64,000 bases of DNA. Origin: Octopus sinensis. Its lineage: Eukaryota. Each line of letters begins with the position of its first letter. Position 1 is the stretch's first letter. The notes beneath the pieces were generated by a model. That model worked only from the letters and a program-made list of their open reading frames with translations. It was not told the origin of the DNA and did not search any database. Of the stretch, positions 41,893-54,991 are shown one piece after another. Where the stretch lies: positions 59,148,001-59,212,000 of the forward strand of contig NC_043002.1 of the NCBI RefSeq assembly GCF_006345805.1, in the 5' to 3' direction. Both the position numbers and the translations under genes were made by a program.

Positions 41893-42333
41893 GATTGTGT
41901 CTTTGTGTTTGTTTGTCCCACAACCATCACTTGAGAACCGATGTTGGTGTGTTTATGTCCCCCGTAACTTAGTGGTCCAGCAAAAGAGACTGATAGAATA
42001 AGTACTAGGCTTACAAAGAATAATGCCCCAGGGGTCAAATTGTACGGCTAAAACCCTGTAGTACCCTTCATTATTATTCTTTTATTCCTTTCGTTCATTT
42101 GACTGTGGCCATGCTGGAGCACTGCCTTTAGTTGAGCAAATCGATCCCAGGACTTATTCTTTGTAAGCCCAGTACTTATTCTATCCATCTCTTTTGCTGA
42201 ACCGCTAGGTTATGGGGGACATAAACATACCAATATTGGTTGTCAAGCGATGGTAGGGGGACAAACACACACACACACAGACAGACACAGACAGACAGAC
42301 AGACACACACACACAAACACAGACAGACAGATG

Positions 42334-42366
<33 letters not shown>

Positions 42367-43244
42367 CTGGCTTCTTTCAGTTTCCGTCTACCAAATCCTC
42401 TCACAAAGCTTTGGTTGGCCTGATGCTATAGTAGAAGACACTTGCCAAAGTTGCCATGCAGTGGGACTGAACCCAGAGCCATATGGTTGGTAAGCAAGCT
42501 ACTTACCACACAGCTATTGCTATGTTTTTTTTTATGCATGTTAAGCCGCTGATATTATTGTAAACAATATCCTCATATATATTCACACACACACACACAT
42601 ACACACACACACACACACATATGATGGGCTTCTTTCAGTTTCCGTCTACCAAATCCACTCACAAAGCCAGACAATTGCCCAAGGTGCCATGCAGTGGGAC
42701 TGAACCTGGAGCGATGTAGTTGGTAAGCAAGCTTCCCACCATACAGCCACACCTGTATGTCAATATTTGAAAGTATTGTTTACAAAAGGTAGAAATTCTT
42801 TTTTATAGCTGCATAACCTGTAGATCTGTATTTGTGTACCTGTATTTCATTGCTAGGTAACATGATAATGTTTGTGTGTGTATGAGAGAGAGAGAGAGAG
42901 AGAGAGGGAGGGAGGGATGAAGCAATAACTTGCAAGTATGGTACTTCAGGACCATTTTAGTTTAATGATATTTTTGTCTAAATGGTGTCAGAGCAGGTGG
43001 TAGTATTAGTAGTAGAAGTATAGGCAGTGTTTCTTAAAGTGCTGTGGACCAAAGAATTCTATGCTAAGGTGTTTTGAGTGCTTATTATAGCAGAGGGGGA
43101 GGTTTATTGACTAGTGGTCAGGTCAGGGCATTATGCTCATGATCATGAGACTATGCTTTCAATTTTTGAACTGGGTGGTTCTGAAAATATAGTAAGGTGC
43201 TGAAGTAAGAATAAAGTGGAAATGGTTTAAGGAGCTATTACCCC

Positions 43245-43810
43245 CTACAGGTGCTTTGTATGTGGCACCAGCATGGGTGCTGTATATGTGCCTCCAGCAT
43301 GGATGCTTTATATGTGGAACCAGCATGGGTGCTTTATATGTGGAACCAGCACGGGTGCTTTCTATATGGAACCAGCATGGGTGCTTTCTATGTGACACCA
43401 GCACAGGTGCTTTATATGTGGAGCCAGCATGGGTGCTTTATATGTGGCACCAGCACAGGTGTTTTCTATGTGACACCAGCACGGGTGCTTTATATGTGGG
43501 GCCAGCATGGGTTCTTTTTATGAGGTGCCAGTATGGACACTTTTTGTACATGGCACCAGCATGGGTGTGTGTATGTGACACCAGCACGGGTGCTTTATAC
43601 GTGACACCAACATGGATGCTCTATATGTGGTACCAGCATGGGCGCTTTATGCATGGCACCAGCATGGGTGCTTTATACGTGACACCAATACGGATGCTCT
43701 ATTTGTGGCACCAGCATGGGTGCTCTATATGTGGAACCAGCATGGGTGTGTGTATGTGACACCAACATGGGTGCTTTATATGCAGCACCAGCACGGGTGC
43801 TTGCGTGCCA
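43245..43810. repeat. 26-bp minisatellite, about 21 copies, consensus CCAGCATGGGTGCTTTATATGTGGCA
   Basis: Period measured from 43321 to 43347; ORFs repeat every 26 aa (3 units). Confidence 0.92.
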
Positions 43811-44050
43811 CTACATACAAGTTGTGTCATTCATTTCTAATCTTCCATGGAAACGTGTCTGGCCATTTTGCAATATTACCTTGCTTGGGAAAAGATGAGA
43901 GTTGGTGACAGGAAGGGCATCCAGCCTTGAAGAATCTGTTTCAGTAAATGCTGTCTGACTTATGGAAGCATGGAAAAGTGGATATTAAAACAATGATGGG
44001 GGCAATGATGATGAAGATAATAATTTTTTTTGTCTTTCAATCTCTTTCAG

Positions 44051-44166
44051 ACACTAGCCGACCTAACACAGGAGATGGCATTCAGGATCAGCCGCTATCA
44101 TTTAGCTCTGAATTGAAAAACTTCCATGAAAATGAGAAAATCGACACTGACAGTTCTCTCGAAAAG
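44051..44166 (+). CDS. Putative internal exon (116 nt, phase 1-0): (D)TSRPNTGDGIQDQPLSFSSELKNFHENEKIDTDSSLEK
   Basis: Strong polypyrimidine acceptor tctctttcag, donor AAG|gtaggc, phase matches the previous exon. Confidence 0.82.
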
Positions 44167-44264
44167 GTAGGCATTCTCTTTTCATTTTCTCTTTTTTGTC
44201 TTGCCAGTGACATGCATAGAATCTAGACTATTTTTGCCCTGTAGAAATTTTTTTTTCTACAATA

Positions 44265-44489
44265 TAGTAATCCTTTGTCTATCGCAGGTGTGTTATGTTC
44301 CAAAATCCCTCGTGAGAGGTGAAAATCCACGAAGTAGAAACAGTATTATACTGCATATTTGTTTACATTATTTTTATAATTTGTGTATATTTATTTTATT
44401 ATAAATGCAAAACAACACCATAGAGGAATCAATGTAAGCTTAAATGATAAACTGCGATAGGTGAACTGCAATATGGCAAGGGATTACTG
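44265..44489. mobile_element. pogo/Tigger-like MITE
   Basis: TA-(C/T)AGTAATCC ... GGATTACTG-TA. Confidence 0.8.
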
Positions 44490-44599
44490 TATAGGGGCAG
44501 AAATGGATGTGTGGTTAACAAGTTTGCTTCCCAACCACATGGTTTCAGGTTCAGTCCACAAAAGTGGAAAGGGTGGAAAACAGGGTGTCAGTCAGATGA

Positions 44600-45080
44600 T
44601 GGCAGTTGAAGGGTCATTGGTCATATTCTGAGAAAGGTGTATGGAACCCTGGAATTAATGGAATGAGCAGAAGAGCCATCAAGGACAACATAAAGACTGC
44701 TGAGAAAACCTCTAGACCAGTGGTTTTCAGCTACAGCTCCCAGGGACCCATGTGACCCTCAAGCATCCTTCTGGTGGCTCTTGACAATCTTCCCTCTATA
44801 AATGTCACAAATTTTCTTTAATTGACCTGAGTTTTACTTTTTTTTTGTGGAGGTGGCCCTCCTACAAAAATAAAGGTTTTGAGTCTGGCTCAAATATAAA
44901 AAAAGTTGAGAAGCATTGATCTAGATGGTTCTGGTTGAAAAGAGGTGATTGGTGGGGGTCGGGGATTAGTTTTTGTTGATCTCAGTTGGGTCATCTGTAT
45001 GAAGGTGTATGTCGTAAGAGCCGAAACATCCAGTGAACCCTGGATACAGTGCTGATGATGTGTCCCAAGAATTGCATCTG
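44600..45080 (+). mobile_element. 3' end of a HERO-like RLE non-LTR retrotransposon, split by a hAT MITE
   Basis: Removing 44718-44926 restores AIKDNIKTAEKTSRWFWLKRGDWW; 3' UTR CCGAAACA...GGATAC...CTGATGATGTGTCC resembles HERO 3' UTRs as I recall them. Confidence 0.65.
44718..44918. mobile_element. hAT-Charlie MITE
   Basis: CAGTGGTTTTCA ... TGAGAAGCATTG; TSD CTCTAGAC / ATCTAGAT (nTCTAGAn). Confidence 0.85.
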
Positions 45081-46990
45081 TAGGTGCATGTTGAACTAAC
45101 CATAAAAAATTTGGTCATGAAAGAATTAAATTGGAAAAAGCAGAGCTATCTACCTTGCTCATATGAAACGGACAATAGTTCTTATCAGATTTGAACTAAA
45201 AAATATCATCATCACCATCACTATCATCATCATCATCATTATCATTATTATTTCGATGGTGGCAAGATGGTTGAGTCGTTAGCACACTGGGCAAAATGCT
45301 TAGTGGAATTTCGCCCACCACTACGTTCCGAGTTCAAATTCCACTGAAGTCAACTTTGCCTTTCAGCCTTTTGAAGTTGATAAATTAAGTACCAGTGAAA
45401 CACTGGGGTCGATGTAATCGACTAGCCCTCTCCCTCCAAATTTGCTTTCCGTAGAAAGAATTATTGTTATTATTTTAAAGGTGGTGAGCTGGCAGGGTCA
45501 TTAGCACACCAAGCGAAATGCTTAGTGGTATTTTGCCCTTCGTTACGTTCTGAGTTCAAATTCCACTGAGGTCAACTTTGCCTTTCATCCTTTTGGGGTT
45601 GATAAATTAAGTACCAGTTGCGTACTGGGGTCATCTAATCAACTAGTCCCTTCCCTCCAAATTTCAGGCCTTGTGCCTATAGTAGAAAGGATTTTTATTA
45701 TTATTATTTCAACATCCACTTTTCTATGTTTCTATGGGTTGGATGGTGTTTACTGAAGCAAATTCTCTATGGCCAGGTATTCTTCCTGTTGCTAACCCTC
45801 ACCTGTTTCCAAGCAAGGTTATGTTTCCCCAGAGCCGGACATATTTTCACAGAAGATTGAAAATGAATGACACTGCTTGTATGACAATGGTACTCAATTA
45901 CAACTACCACTCGATATCATAACTAAGAAACTCCCACACACATACACAAACAACAAGCTTCTTTCAGTTTCTGTCTGTCAAATCCACTCACAAAGCTTTA
46001 GTCATCCTGGTGGGGCTAGTACAAAGATACCCTCCCAAGGTGCTCGTGAGTAAGATTGATCTTGAAACCATGTGGTTGGGAAGAAAACTTCTTTAACCAC
46101 AAGACCATGCCTGCACCTGTGCACTCAGTTACCCGGCACCTTTAGCTCAGAGTCATTGTACCTTCACACACAATACATAACAATGTCAGGCTAAGCCTCT
46201 TTACATTTGGTGACATTTAACAAAGCTTGGCTTTCCAAACCTAGACTTGTCATGTGTTTAAACTAAACTATCAAGTTATACCAATAACCATTCTGAAAGT
46301 GGGTGGTGGAAAATTTCTGTATTAGTCTTGGGGAGAAAGGGATTGGTAGTGGTGGTGGTCATGGCTGAAGAGTCCAACACCTGCATCTATACAGTTCAAG
46401 TCTGTCTCCTATTGAAATACATGAAGCCTCTTTTAACACTGGTTCATTTATCATTGGATAACACATATATCTTGGATAACACATTGTGCTTAATGGTTTA
46501 TCATGGATTGATCTGTGAAAGAAGTAGACAGTGATCAGTCAGATTCTGCCTATAACACTGTGCTCCAGCCTGACCTCAGTCCAATAACTGAAATAAATAG
46601 AAGAGTATGTATCATGTATGTTTATAATAACATGATTCTGTGGTAAGTAATCACTTGCATCTAATTATTTAATTAGTACAAGGAACTGAATTACTCTGGC
46701 CCCTCATATTACATGTATGTGCTTTAACCATGGGGCTGAGAGAGCATTGTATCACAGTCAGGTGTCATTGGCAAAGTGTTGGTAAAAGAAAAAAGGGTCA
46801 ATAGTTAAAAAAAATAGTTCAAGGCACAGGCTTGGCTATGTGGTAAGAAGCTTGTTTCCCAACCACATGGTTCTGAGTTCAGTCCCACTGCATGGCACCT
46901 TGGGCAAGTGCCTTCTACTATAGCCTTGAGTTGACCAAAGCCTTGTGAGTGTATTTGGTAGAGAGAAACTGAAAGAGGCCCATCCTATAT

Positions 46991-47030
<40 letters not shown>

Positions 47031-47973
47031 TACGTGTGTCTGTGTTTGTTTCTCCGCCATCACTTGACAACTGGTGTTGGTGTGTTTACATCCCTTTAAT
47101 TTAGCAGTTCAGCAAAAGAGATTAACAGAATAAGTACTAGGCTTTTTTGAAAAAAACAAAACGAGGAAATACTGGAGTTGATTTGTTTAACTACAATTCT
47201 TCAAGGCAGTGCCCCAGCATGGTCAGATACCTATGAATGAAACAAGTAAAAGGAAAACCCCGAGAATGCATCATATATTGTGTGTTTATTCGTGACATTT
47301 AATTGTTGTTGCTAACTTAGGAAGCGATTATTAAAGGGTTAACGACCAGAGGAGCAGAGTATTTCATCAGTTATCCTGTACAGAGTTCAAAACCTTACAA
47401 GGACAAAGCATCCCTTCTGATGCTGTGTAAAAATGGCCCTTTGTTAGTGCCATGCAAAAAGCATCTGTACTGGTGCCATGTACAAAGCCCCCTGTACACT
47501 CTGTAAAGTGGTTGGTGCTGAGAAGGGCATCCAGCTGTAGAAAACATGCCAGAGTGCATAATTGGAGCCTGGTGCAACCCTCTGGCTTGCCAGATCCTTT
47601 CAAACCATCCATCCCATGTCAGCATGGAAAGCAGATGTTAAATGATGATGATGGTGATGATATTGATGATGATGATGATGGAAAGAGTGAGAGAGAGAGA
47701 GAAAAATGATGGAGAGGGTAGGCAGAGTGAGTGATGACCGTTGCCTTATTTTCATGCATACTCCACAAGGGTGAAATGTGTGTAGGGAAGTATACTTTTT
47801 AATCTAATGGATTAGGAAAGCACACACTTATATGTGCTCACACATACATTCACATGCATACATATATACACATACATACATATATACACATTAATACATA
47901 CCTACGCATAAATGCCTGCCCACACATACTCATACATACTTGTACACGCACACACATATATATATATACACAT

Positions 47974-48009
<36 letters not shown>

Positions 48010-48010
<1 letters not shown>

Positions 48011-48420
48011 ACCAATGAAAAAAGCAACAAGAATGGATTAGTAGTTTAGTATAATTGTTTCGTACTAAGAACATTTTATTTAAAGCTGCAAATATTGCAG
48101 CAAATACAATGTCCAGTATTCATCAGCTAAATCACATATATGTTTTCCAGACATCATTTTAAAAACTTTAAAAAAAAAACTGTGCATTATTAAGAAACAT
48201 TTAAGTCTGCTTATTATCTGGTTTCAAATTCATAGAACTCTTAATACTTCATAATGGATAGCTACATTCTCTAGGATGTCTGGAAAACATATATGTGATT
48301 TAGCTGATGAATACTGGACATTGTATTTGCTGCAATATTTGCAGCTTTAAATAAAATGTTCTTAGTACGAAACAATTGTACTAAACTACTAATCCATTCT
48401 TGTTGCTTTTTTCTTTGGTT
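48010..48420. mobile_element. Penelope-like inverted terminal-repeat pair
   Basis: 48010-48155 and 48275-48420 are near-perfect inverted copies, each containing a hammerhead motif. Confidence 0.8.
48299..48385 (+). ncRNA. Type I hammerhead ribozyme with extended stem II
   Basis: Stem I TTTAG/CTAAA, CTGATGA 48304-48310, long stem II capped by GCTGCAA/TTGCAGC, GAAA from 48369, palindromic stem III ACAATTGT, GTA triplet. Confidence 0.72.
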
Positions 48421-48531
48421 ATAATCGCCCCACATTATTTTATGGTTAATACTGGTGCATCTAAGTTAAGTACCATATTCATTTGAATTCATTGGAATTC
48501 ATTTGAATCTTAATTAATTTGCTGAAATTAG

Positions 48532-48572
<41 letters not shown>

Positions 48573-48578
48573 TATATA

Positions 48579-48804
48579 CCTATTTCTTTATTACCCACAA
48601 TGGGCTAAACACAGAGGGGATAAACAAGGACAGACATAGGTATTAAGTCGATTACCAGTGCGTAACTGGTACTTAATTTATCGACCCCGAAAGGATGAAA
48701 GGCAAAGTCGACCTCGGTGGAATTTGAACTCAAAATGTAACAGCAGACGAAATACCGCTAAGCATTTTGCCTAGCATGCTAACGTTTCTGCCAGCTCATC
48801 GCCT
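48579..48804 (-). mobile_element. SINE family B, tail type B2 (LINE-like tail)
   Basis: Family B head and body; tail ...CTGTGTTTAGCCCATTGTGGGTAATAAAGAAATAGG. Confidence 0.85.
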
Positions 48805-49067
48805 TATATATATATATACACATATATACCCTCACACTCACATACAGACAAATGCATACCTGCACACAAATACATACCTCCCCACATACCCACACACATG
48901 CACACATATGTACATATATACACACATGCTCATACACACATACCCACATACATTCATACATACATACACCCACACACTCACACACACACACATGCTCATA
49001 CATGCATACACACACATATGCAATATATACACACATACCCATACACACACTCATGCATACACACACC

Positions 49068-49101
<34 letters not shown>

Positions 49102-49421
49102 TACACACGATTTATTGGTTGCACTTCGCACTGAGGAGCAAGAAGTAATTAAACTCCTGTTGGCAAGGTCAGCCACAACATCTGATGAAGCAGAGGTGCT
49201 TATCTGAGATTATCTCACCTTCCGGTCTTATGAGGATTTAGTGGGGGGAAGCAGGTGAGTGCTGCTATAGTTTAGAGCCATTTATATACGTACAGTCAGC
49301 CTTCAAGCTGTATAGGATTCTATGCATTCTATGGTGACAAAAAATATTCCAATTATATTGTAAGTGTTGCATAAGATTTTAATATTTTTTAACATTTATG
49401 CCTGTGTATGTATTTGTGTGC

Positions 49422-49479
<58 letters not shown>

Positions 49480-49739
49480 ATGTGTGTACATACATACAAA
49501 GATGAGTATGTCTAGATATGCAACTGTATGCATGAGAATACCTACGTAAAACAAAACACAAATATGAACATATGCATGCATACATACATATATGCATACA
49601 AAAATACCCTGTTGTTGATGCTGAAATTCCAATGATGGATGGATCCTTGGATCTAGGTTAAAATTTGGCTCTTTTTCTATTGGCAAGAAATCTTGAAATA
49701 GAACTCTATAATGACATACATACATACAAATATGGGCAT

Positions 49740-50237
49740 TATTTACATTTGATGGATATTTGTCCTCATCTTGTTTGTTGTTAACACACCGTTTCGGCTG
49801 ATATGCCCTCCAGCCTTCATCAGTTTTCTTTGGGGAAATTTCGAACTTGGGTTCTCATTTCTAAGGTATCTTTCGATGTTATTATTATTATTCAGATCAC
49901 TGCCTGGAATCGAACTCGGAATCTTGGGGTTAGTAGCCCATGCTCTTAACCACTATGCCATATACCCATAGTGGTTAAGAGTGCGGGCTACTAACCCTTA
50001 GATTCTGAGTTTGATTCCAGGCAGTGACCTGAATAATAATAATGATAATAATAATAATAATAATATCAAAAAATACCTTAGGAATGAGAACCCAGGTTCG
50101 AAAATTCCCCAAGACACCTGAAGAAGGCTGGAGGGTATATCAGCCGAAATGTTGTGTTAACAACAAACAAAGTGAGGACAAATATCTGTCAAATGTAAAT
50201 AATGTACATAATTCCTCATCTCTTAAATATAGAACTG
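49740..50237. mobile_element. Family D fold-back element
   Basis: Inverted arms about an axis near 49960; 12-bp TSD AAATATGGGCAT / AAATATAGGCAT (49728-49739, 50238-50249). Confidence 0.88.
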
Positions 50238-52802
50238 AAATATAGGCATGTCTAGATATGCAACTATATGCATGAGAATACATACATAAAACAAAAATTA
50301 CAAATCTGCATACATGCATACAAACAAAAATACCCTGTTATTGATGTTTAAATTCCAATGAAGGGCCTCGTTCTAGGTTAGAAACCAGCTCTTTCTCTAT
50401 TGACTAGAAACCTTCAAATAAAACTGAACAATGACACACACAAACACATTCACACACACACACACATTAATGTATGTATGTATGTATGTATATTTGTATA
50501 TATTGTTGTAAACATATACATGTGTGTGTATTTATGTGTATGCATGTATATGCATGTATGTTTTTGTCTATATTTATGTTAGAAAGCATTTAAACACATA
50601 TTTGTGTATATATATATGTATATATTATGTAAATTTATTTTGGAAAGTGTTTAAATACGTGTGTGTGTGTGTGTGTGTTTATATGTGTATATGCATGTGT
50701 ATATGCATGTGTGTATGTGTATCATCATCATCGTTTAATGTCTGCTTTCCATGCTGGCATGGGTTGGATAGTTTGACTGAGGACTGGCGAGTCAGGAGGC
50801 TGCACCAAGCTCCAGTCTGATCTGGCAAAGCTTCTACAGCTGGATGCCCTTCCTAATGCCAACCACTCCAAGAGTGTAGTGGGTGCTTTTACATACCACT
50901 GGCACGAAGGCCAGTCAGGTGGTACTGGCAACGGCCATGCTCAAATGGTGATTTTTACATGCCACCTGCACAGGAGCCAGTCCAGTGGCACTGGCAACGA
51001 CCTCGCTTGAATGTTGTTTTTCACATTCCACTGGCACAAGTGCCAGTCAAGCAACATATATACATGTATGTGTTTGTGTATATATGTGTAGTGTGTTTGT
51101 TTATCTATGTATATCTGTCTATCTCCCTGTCTATCTGTTCCTTCCTGTCTCTGTCTGTCCATCCGTCCGTCTGTTTGTCCATCTATCTGTCCGTCCATCC
51201 ATGTAACATGCATGTCTGTTGTATATCTATCTGTTTCTCTGATCTGATTGTCTCTCTCTGTCTCTCTTTGTCTCTACCTTTCCTTTCTTTCTTCCTTCCT
51301 TCCTTTCTTTGCTCTGATCTTTAATGGAATCCTTTTGTGATGGTGTTTTTCCTATCACTTTCTTTCTGATAATTAATAATACCGAGATTAGAGATAACAT
51401 AGGCATTGCTTAAAGTAGCATTTCATGACTTAGCAGTTTGGCAAAAGAAACTGATGGAATAAACACCACTGACACAATAAGTTTCAGGGTCAATTTGTTC
51501 CTCTAACCCTTGAGGGCAGTGCTCCAGCATGGGTGTAGTCCAGTGACTGAAACAAATATAACATAATATAGAATAGTCACTATTTGAAATAGCTTATTAA
51601 ATTCCGCGAAGGTCGACTTTACCTTTCATCCTTTCGGGGTCGATAAATTAAGTACCAGTTGCATACTTGGGTCACCCTAATCGACTGGCCCCGCCTCCCA
51701 CAAGGATTATTTGAAATAGCATATGTAAGTTATAGAGTTGATATTCTTTAAGGATAGACATTATATAGCAATGTGAAGGTCATAGAGATAATCCATGAAG
51801 GATACTGTATCATCAACATCATTCATTTAATGTCCACTTTTCCATGCTGGTATGGGTCGGATGGAACGCGTTGAGGCAAATTTTAAAACTTCCAATGACC
51901 TCCCTGTTGCTAGCTGTCACCTGTTTTCAAAGTAAAAATATTTCTCCATAGTCAGACATGTTTTTCACAGAAGACTGGAAACAAACATCATCATTGTATG
52001 ATGGTGATGCTTACTGGCAATCGTCGAGTGATGTCAAGACGAGTATGAACACACACATACACACTCACACAGACACTTTCAAACAGACACAGTACACACT
52101 CATACGCACAATACACACTCACAGACACGATACGCACTCACACAGACAATGCATACCTACAGACACAAAATAGACACACACACAAAATACACACACATGA
52201 ATGCACACACACACAAAGTACATACACACAAACGCACACACACAAATGCCCAAAAATGCACATACACACACATACACACACACACACATAAATGCACACA
52301 AAATACACATGCACAAACACACACACACACAAAGTACACACACACACACAAAGTACACACACACACACACACACACACACTTACACAAATGCATATAAAA
52401 CTGGCTTCCACAGAGTTTCTGTCTACCAAATCCACTCACAAGGCTTTGCTTATCCCAGAGCAATAGCAGAAGACATTTGCCCAAAGTAGCACTGAACCAG
52501 GAACCACATAGCTGGAAAGCTAGCTTCTTAACCACATAACCATGCCTCTACCTCTATGTATGTACGTACGTATGTGTATGTGCATGCCTACATGCATAAC
52601 AACAACAATCCCTCTCTCTCTTTCGGAGAGGCACTGAGCAGCTATACGCACACATACACGCACGGCAGTAACTTCCACCTACCAAATTCAATCACAAAGC
52701 TTCGGTCGACTCGGGGCTATAGCGGAAGACACCTACCCAAAGTGTCACGCAGTGGGACTGAACCCGAAACCATGTAGTTAGGAAGCAAGCTCCCTAACCA
52801 AA

Positions 52803-52964
52803 CAGCCATGCCCGCGCCTACAGCCATGCCCGCGCCTACAGCCATGCCCGCGCCTACAGCCATGCCCGCGCCTACAGCCATGCCCGCGCCTACAGCCATG
52901 CCCGCGCCTACAGCCATGCCCGCGCCTACAGCCATGCCCACGCCTACAGCCATGCCCGTGCCTA
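52803..52964 (-). repeat. 9 x 18-bp tandem repeat of the 5' end of a family A-like SINE
   Basis: CAGCCATGCCCGCGCCTA x9 (7 perfect), contiguous with the minus-strand SINE head at 52665-52820. Confidence 0.95.
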
Positions 52965-53321
52965 AAATGAAATATAAATATAAAATAAGTATATATATAT
53001 ATATATTTAAAGTAAACAGAAAATGGAGAAATATTGAACAACAACAACTGATTTACATCAATTATTATTTTTTAATTCAATACAAATAGAATGTGTCCGA
53101 TCTAACAGCTGTTTCTGCTTCCAAAAACATTTTCTGTTTAATTTAAATTTGATTCCTGATAAACTTCTGTTTATCTTTGACATTACCTGTAACCTATGAG
53201 CATAATATGCTTGCATATGTATGTCTAGGCTTAACATAGGTAATTATACCCTTAGTAAAATGAATATTTTTATCCCTTAGATGGTTATTCCAACCTCTAA
53301 TGCTACTAATCTTATATACAT

Positions 53322-53382
<61 letters not shown>

Positions 53383-53414
53383 TAGTATACACATGCACAC
53401 ACACATACATATCT

Positions 53415-53467
<53 letters not shown>

Positions 53468-53614
53468 TGTGTGGTAAGTAGCTTGCTTGCCAATCACATG
53501 GTTCCGGTTCAGTCCCACTGCATAGCACCTTGGGCAAGTGTCTTCTATTATAGCTTCGGGCTGACCAAAGCCTTGTGACTGGATTTGGTAGATGGAAACT
53601 GAAAGAAGCCTGTC

Positions 53615-53659
<45 letters not shown>

Positions 53660-53889
53660 ATATATACATATGTGTGTGTGTCTCTGTGTCCCCACCATTG
53701 CTTGACAACTGTTGTTGATATGTTTATATCCCCGTAACTTAGCGGTTCAGCAAAAGAGACTGATAGAATAAGTACTAGGCTTACAAAGAACAAGTCCTGG
53801 GGTTGATTTGTTTAACTAAAGTTAGTGCTCCAGCATGGCCACAGTTAAATGACTGAAACAAATAAAATAATATACATACATACATACAT

Positions 53890-54302
53890 ACATATAAAAC
53901 TGAAGTTGTCTGTGTGTGTGTGGCAGGTTTGGTAGCCTTCAACTAACACTATCTCCTCCAAGACCCTACGGTGCAAGTTGACCAAAATTGGGAGTATGAT
54001 AGAAGGCTTGCTTTTTATTCCGTAGAAGAAAAAATCCAAATTATGTTAAGACCCAAAATTATTTACATCAAAAAGGTGCTTTTTTTTTTCTATGAAAATC
54101 CCTATTTTTTACAATTTTTTTACTGCTATGTCGCCATTTTTTGGTGTATTTCAACCAGAAAAATGTTAAGCTACATAATGCAAAATTTTTACTTTTCAAA
54201 AAGATTGAAACTATGTCAAAACTTTGTTAACGTGACATCAAAGTCTGCCGTTTTAAGCGCAACTAAAAAACAAACCAGAGCTATACCGGGCTATACTGCT
54301 AG
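53890..54302 (+). mobile_element. Non-autonomous Helitron-like element
   Basis: 5' ATATAAAA...GTCTGTGTG start; 3' degenerate GC hairpin CCAGAGCTATACCGGG followed by CTAG|T; no TSD. Confidence 0.7.
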
Positions 54303-54885
54303 TATATATATATATATATATATATATACATACACACATAGAAACAAAATGGGTTTATAGGACTGCAAAAGAAGTGCTCAAATATAAATAAGACGAAGAT
54401 AAAGAAGCATTATAGACCAACCATTAAATTTGGGTCAATGACTTTATATACAATACCACCCCTCAAACATTTAATCATATATAAAAATCACCATGGTTCC
54501 CAAACACATAAAAAATAATACATATACATAAAATCACAAAAGGTAAAAATATATAGTCAAATAAAATACAAATAGAACGGCCTATCAAAAATTGTTAAAT
54601 ATAAATGGCTAAAAATATAAAAACTACCAAAAAAACTTAATAGACAAATATAAAATAAGTAAAGGTAAAAATAAAGATAAAATGAATATCCTCCGCCTAA
54701 AAAAGTTTTATCAGATGATTAAAATATTTTTTAGAAATTAAAAAAAAAAATTTGTTTTTAATATTTGAAAAAATATTTTAATGTTTGTTCTATAACCAAT
54801 GCTTCTTTATATATGTATATATATAATAATAATAACAATAATCCTTGGATGGAATTTATAAATTCTATCCAAGTATTATATGGAT

Positions 54886-54944
54886 TAGTGGTTAAGAGTG
54901 TGGCCTACTAACCCCAAGATTCCGAGTTCGATTCCAAGCAGTGA

Positions 54945-54991
<47 letters not shown>

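Noticed and set aside
43245-43810. CRISPR-like regular array or repetitive protein
   Set aside because: Contiguous 26-bp units with no unique spacers, eukaryotic context, no cas genes; period is not a multiple of 3
45020-45066. Permuted hammerhead in the HERO-like 3' UTR (GAAAC...CTGATGA)
   Set aside because: Stem III does not close onto a NUH triplet and no stem I or II pairing is evident
49110-49260. Exon ending at consensus donor CAG|gtgagt
   Set aside because: No good acceptor; the longest frame stops at 49205-49207
52808-53089. (MPAPTA)n protein
   Set aside because: Antisense reading of a reiterated SINE head
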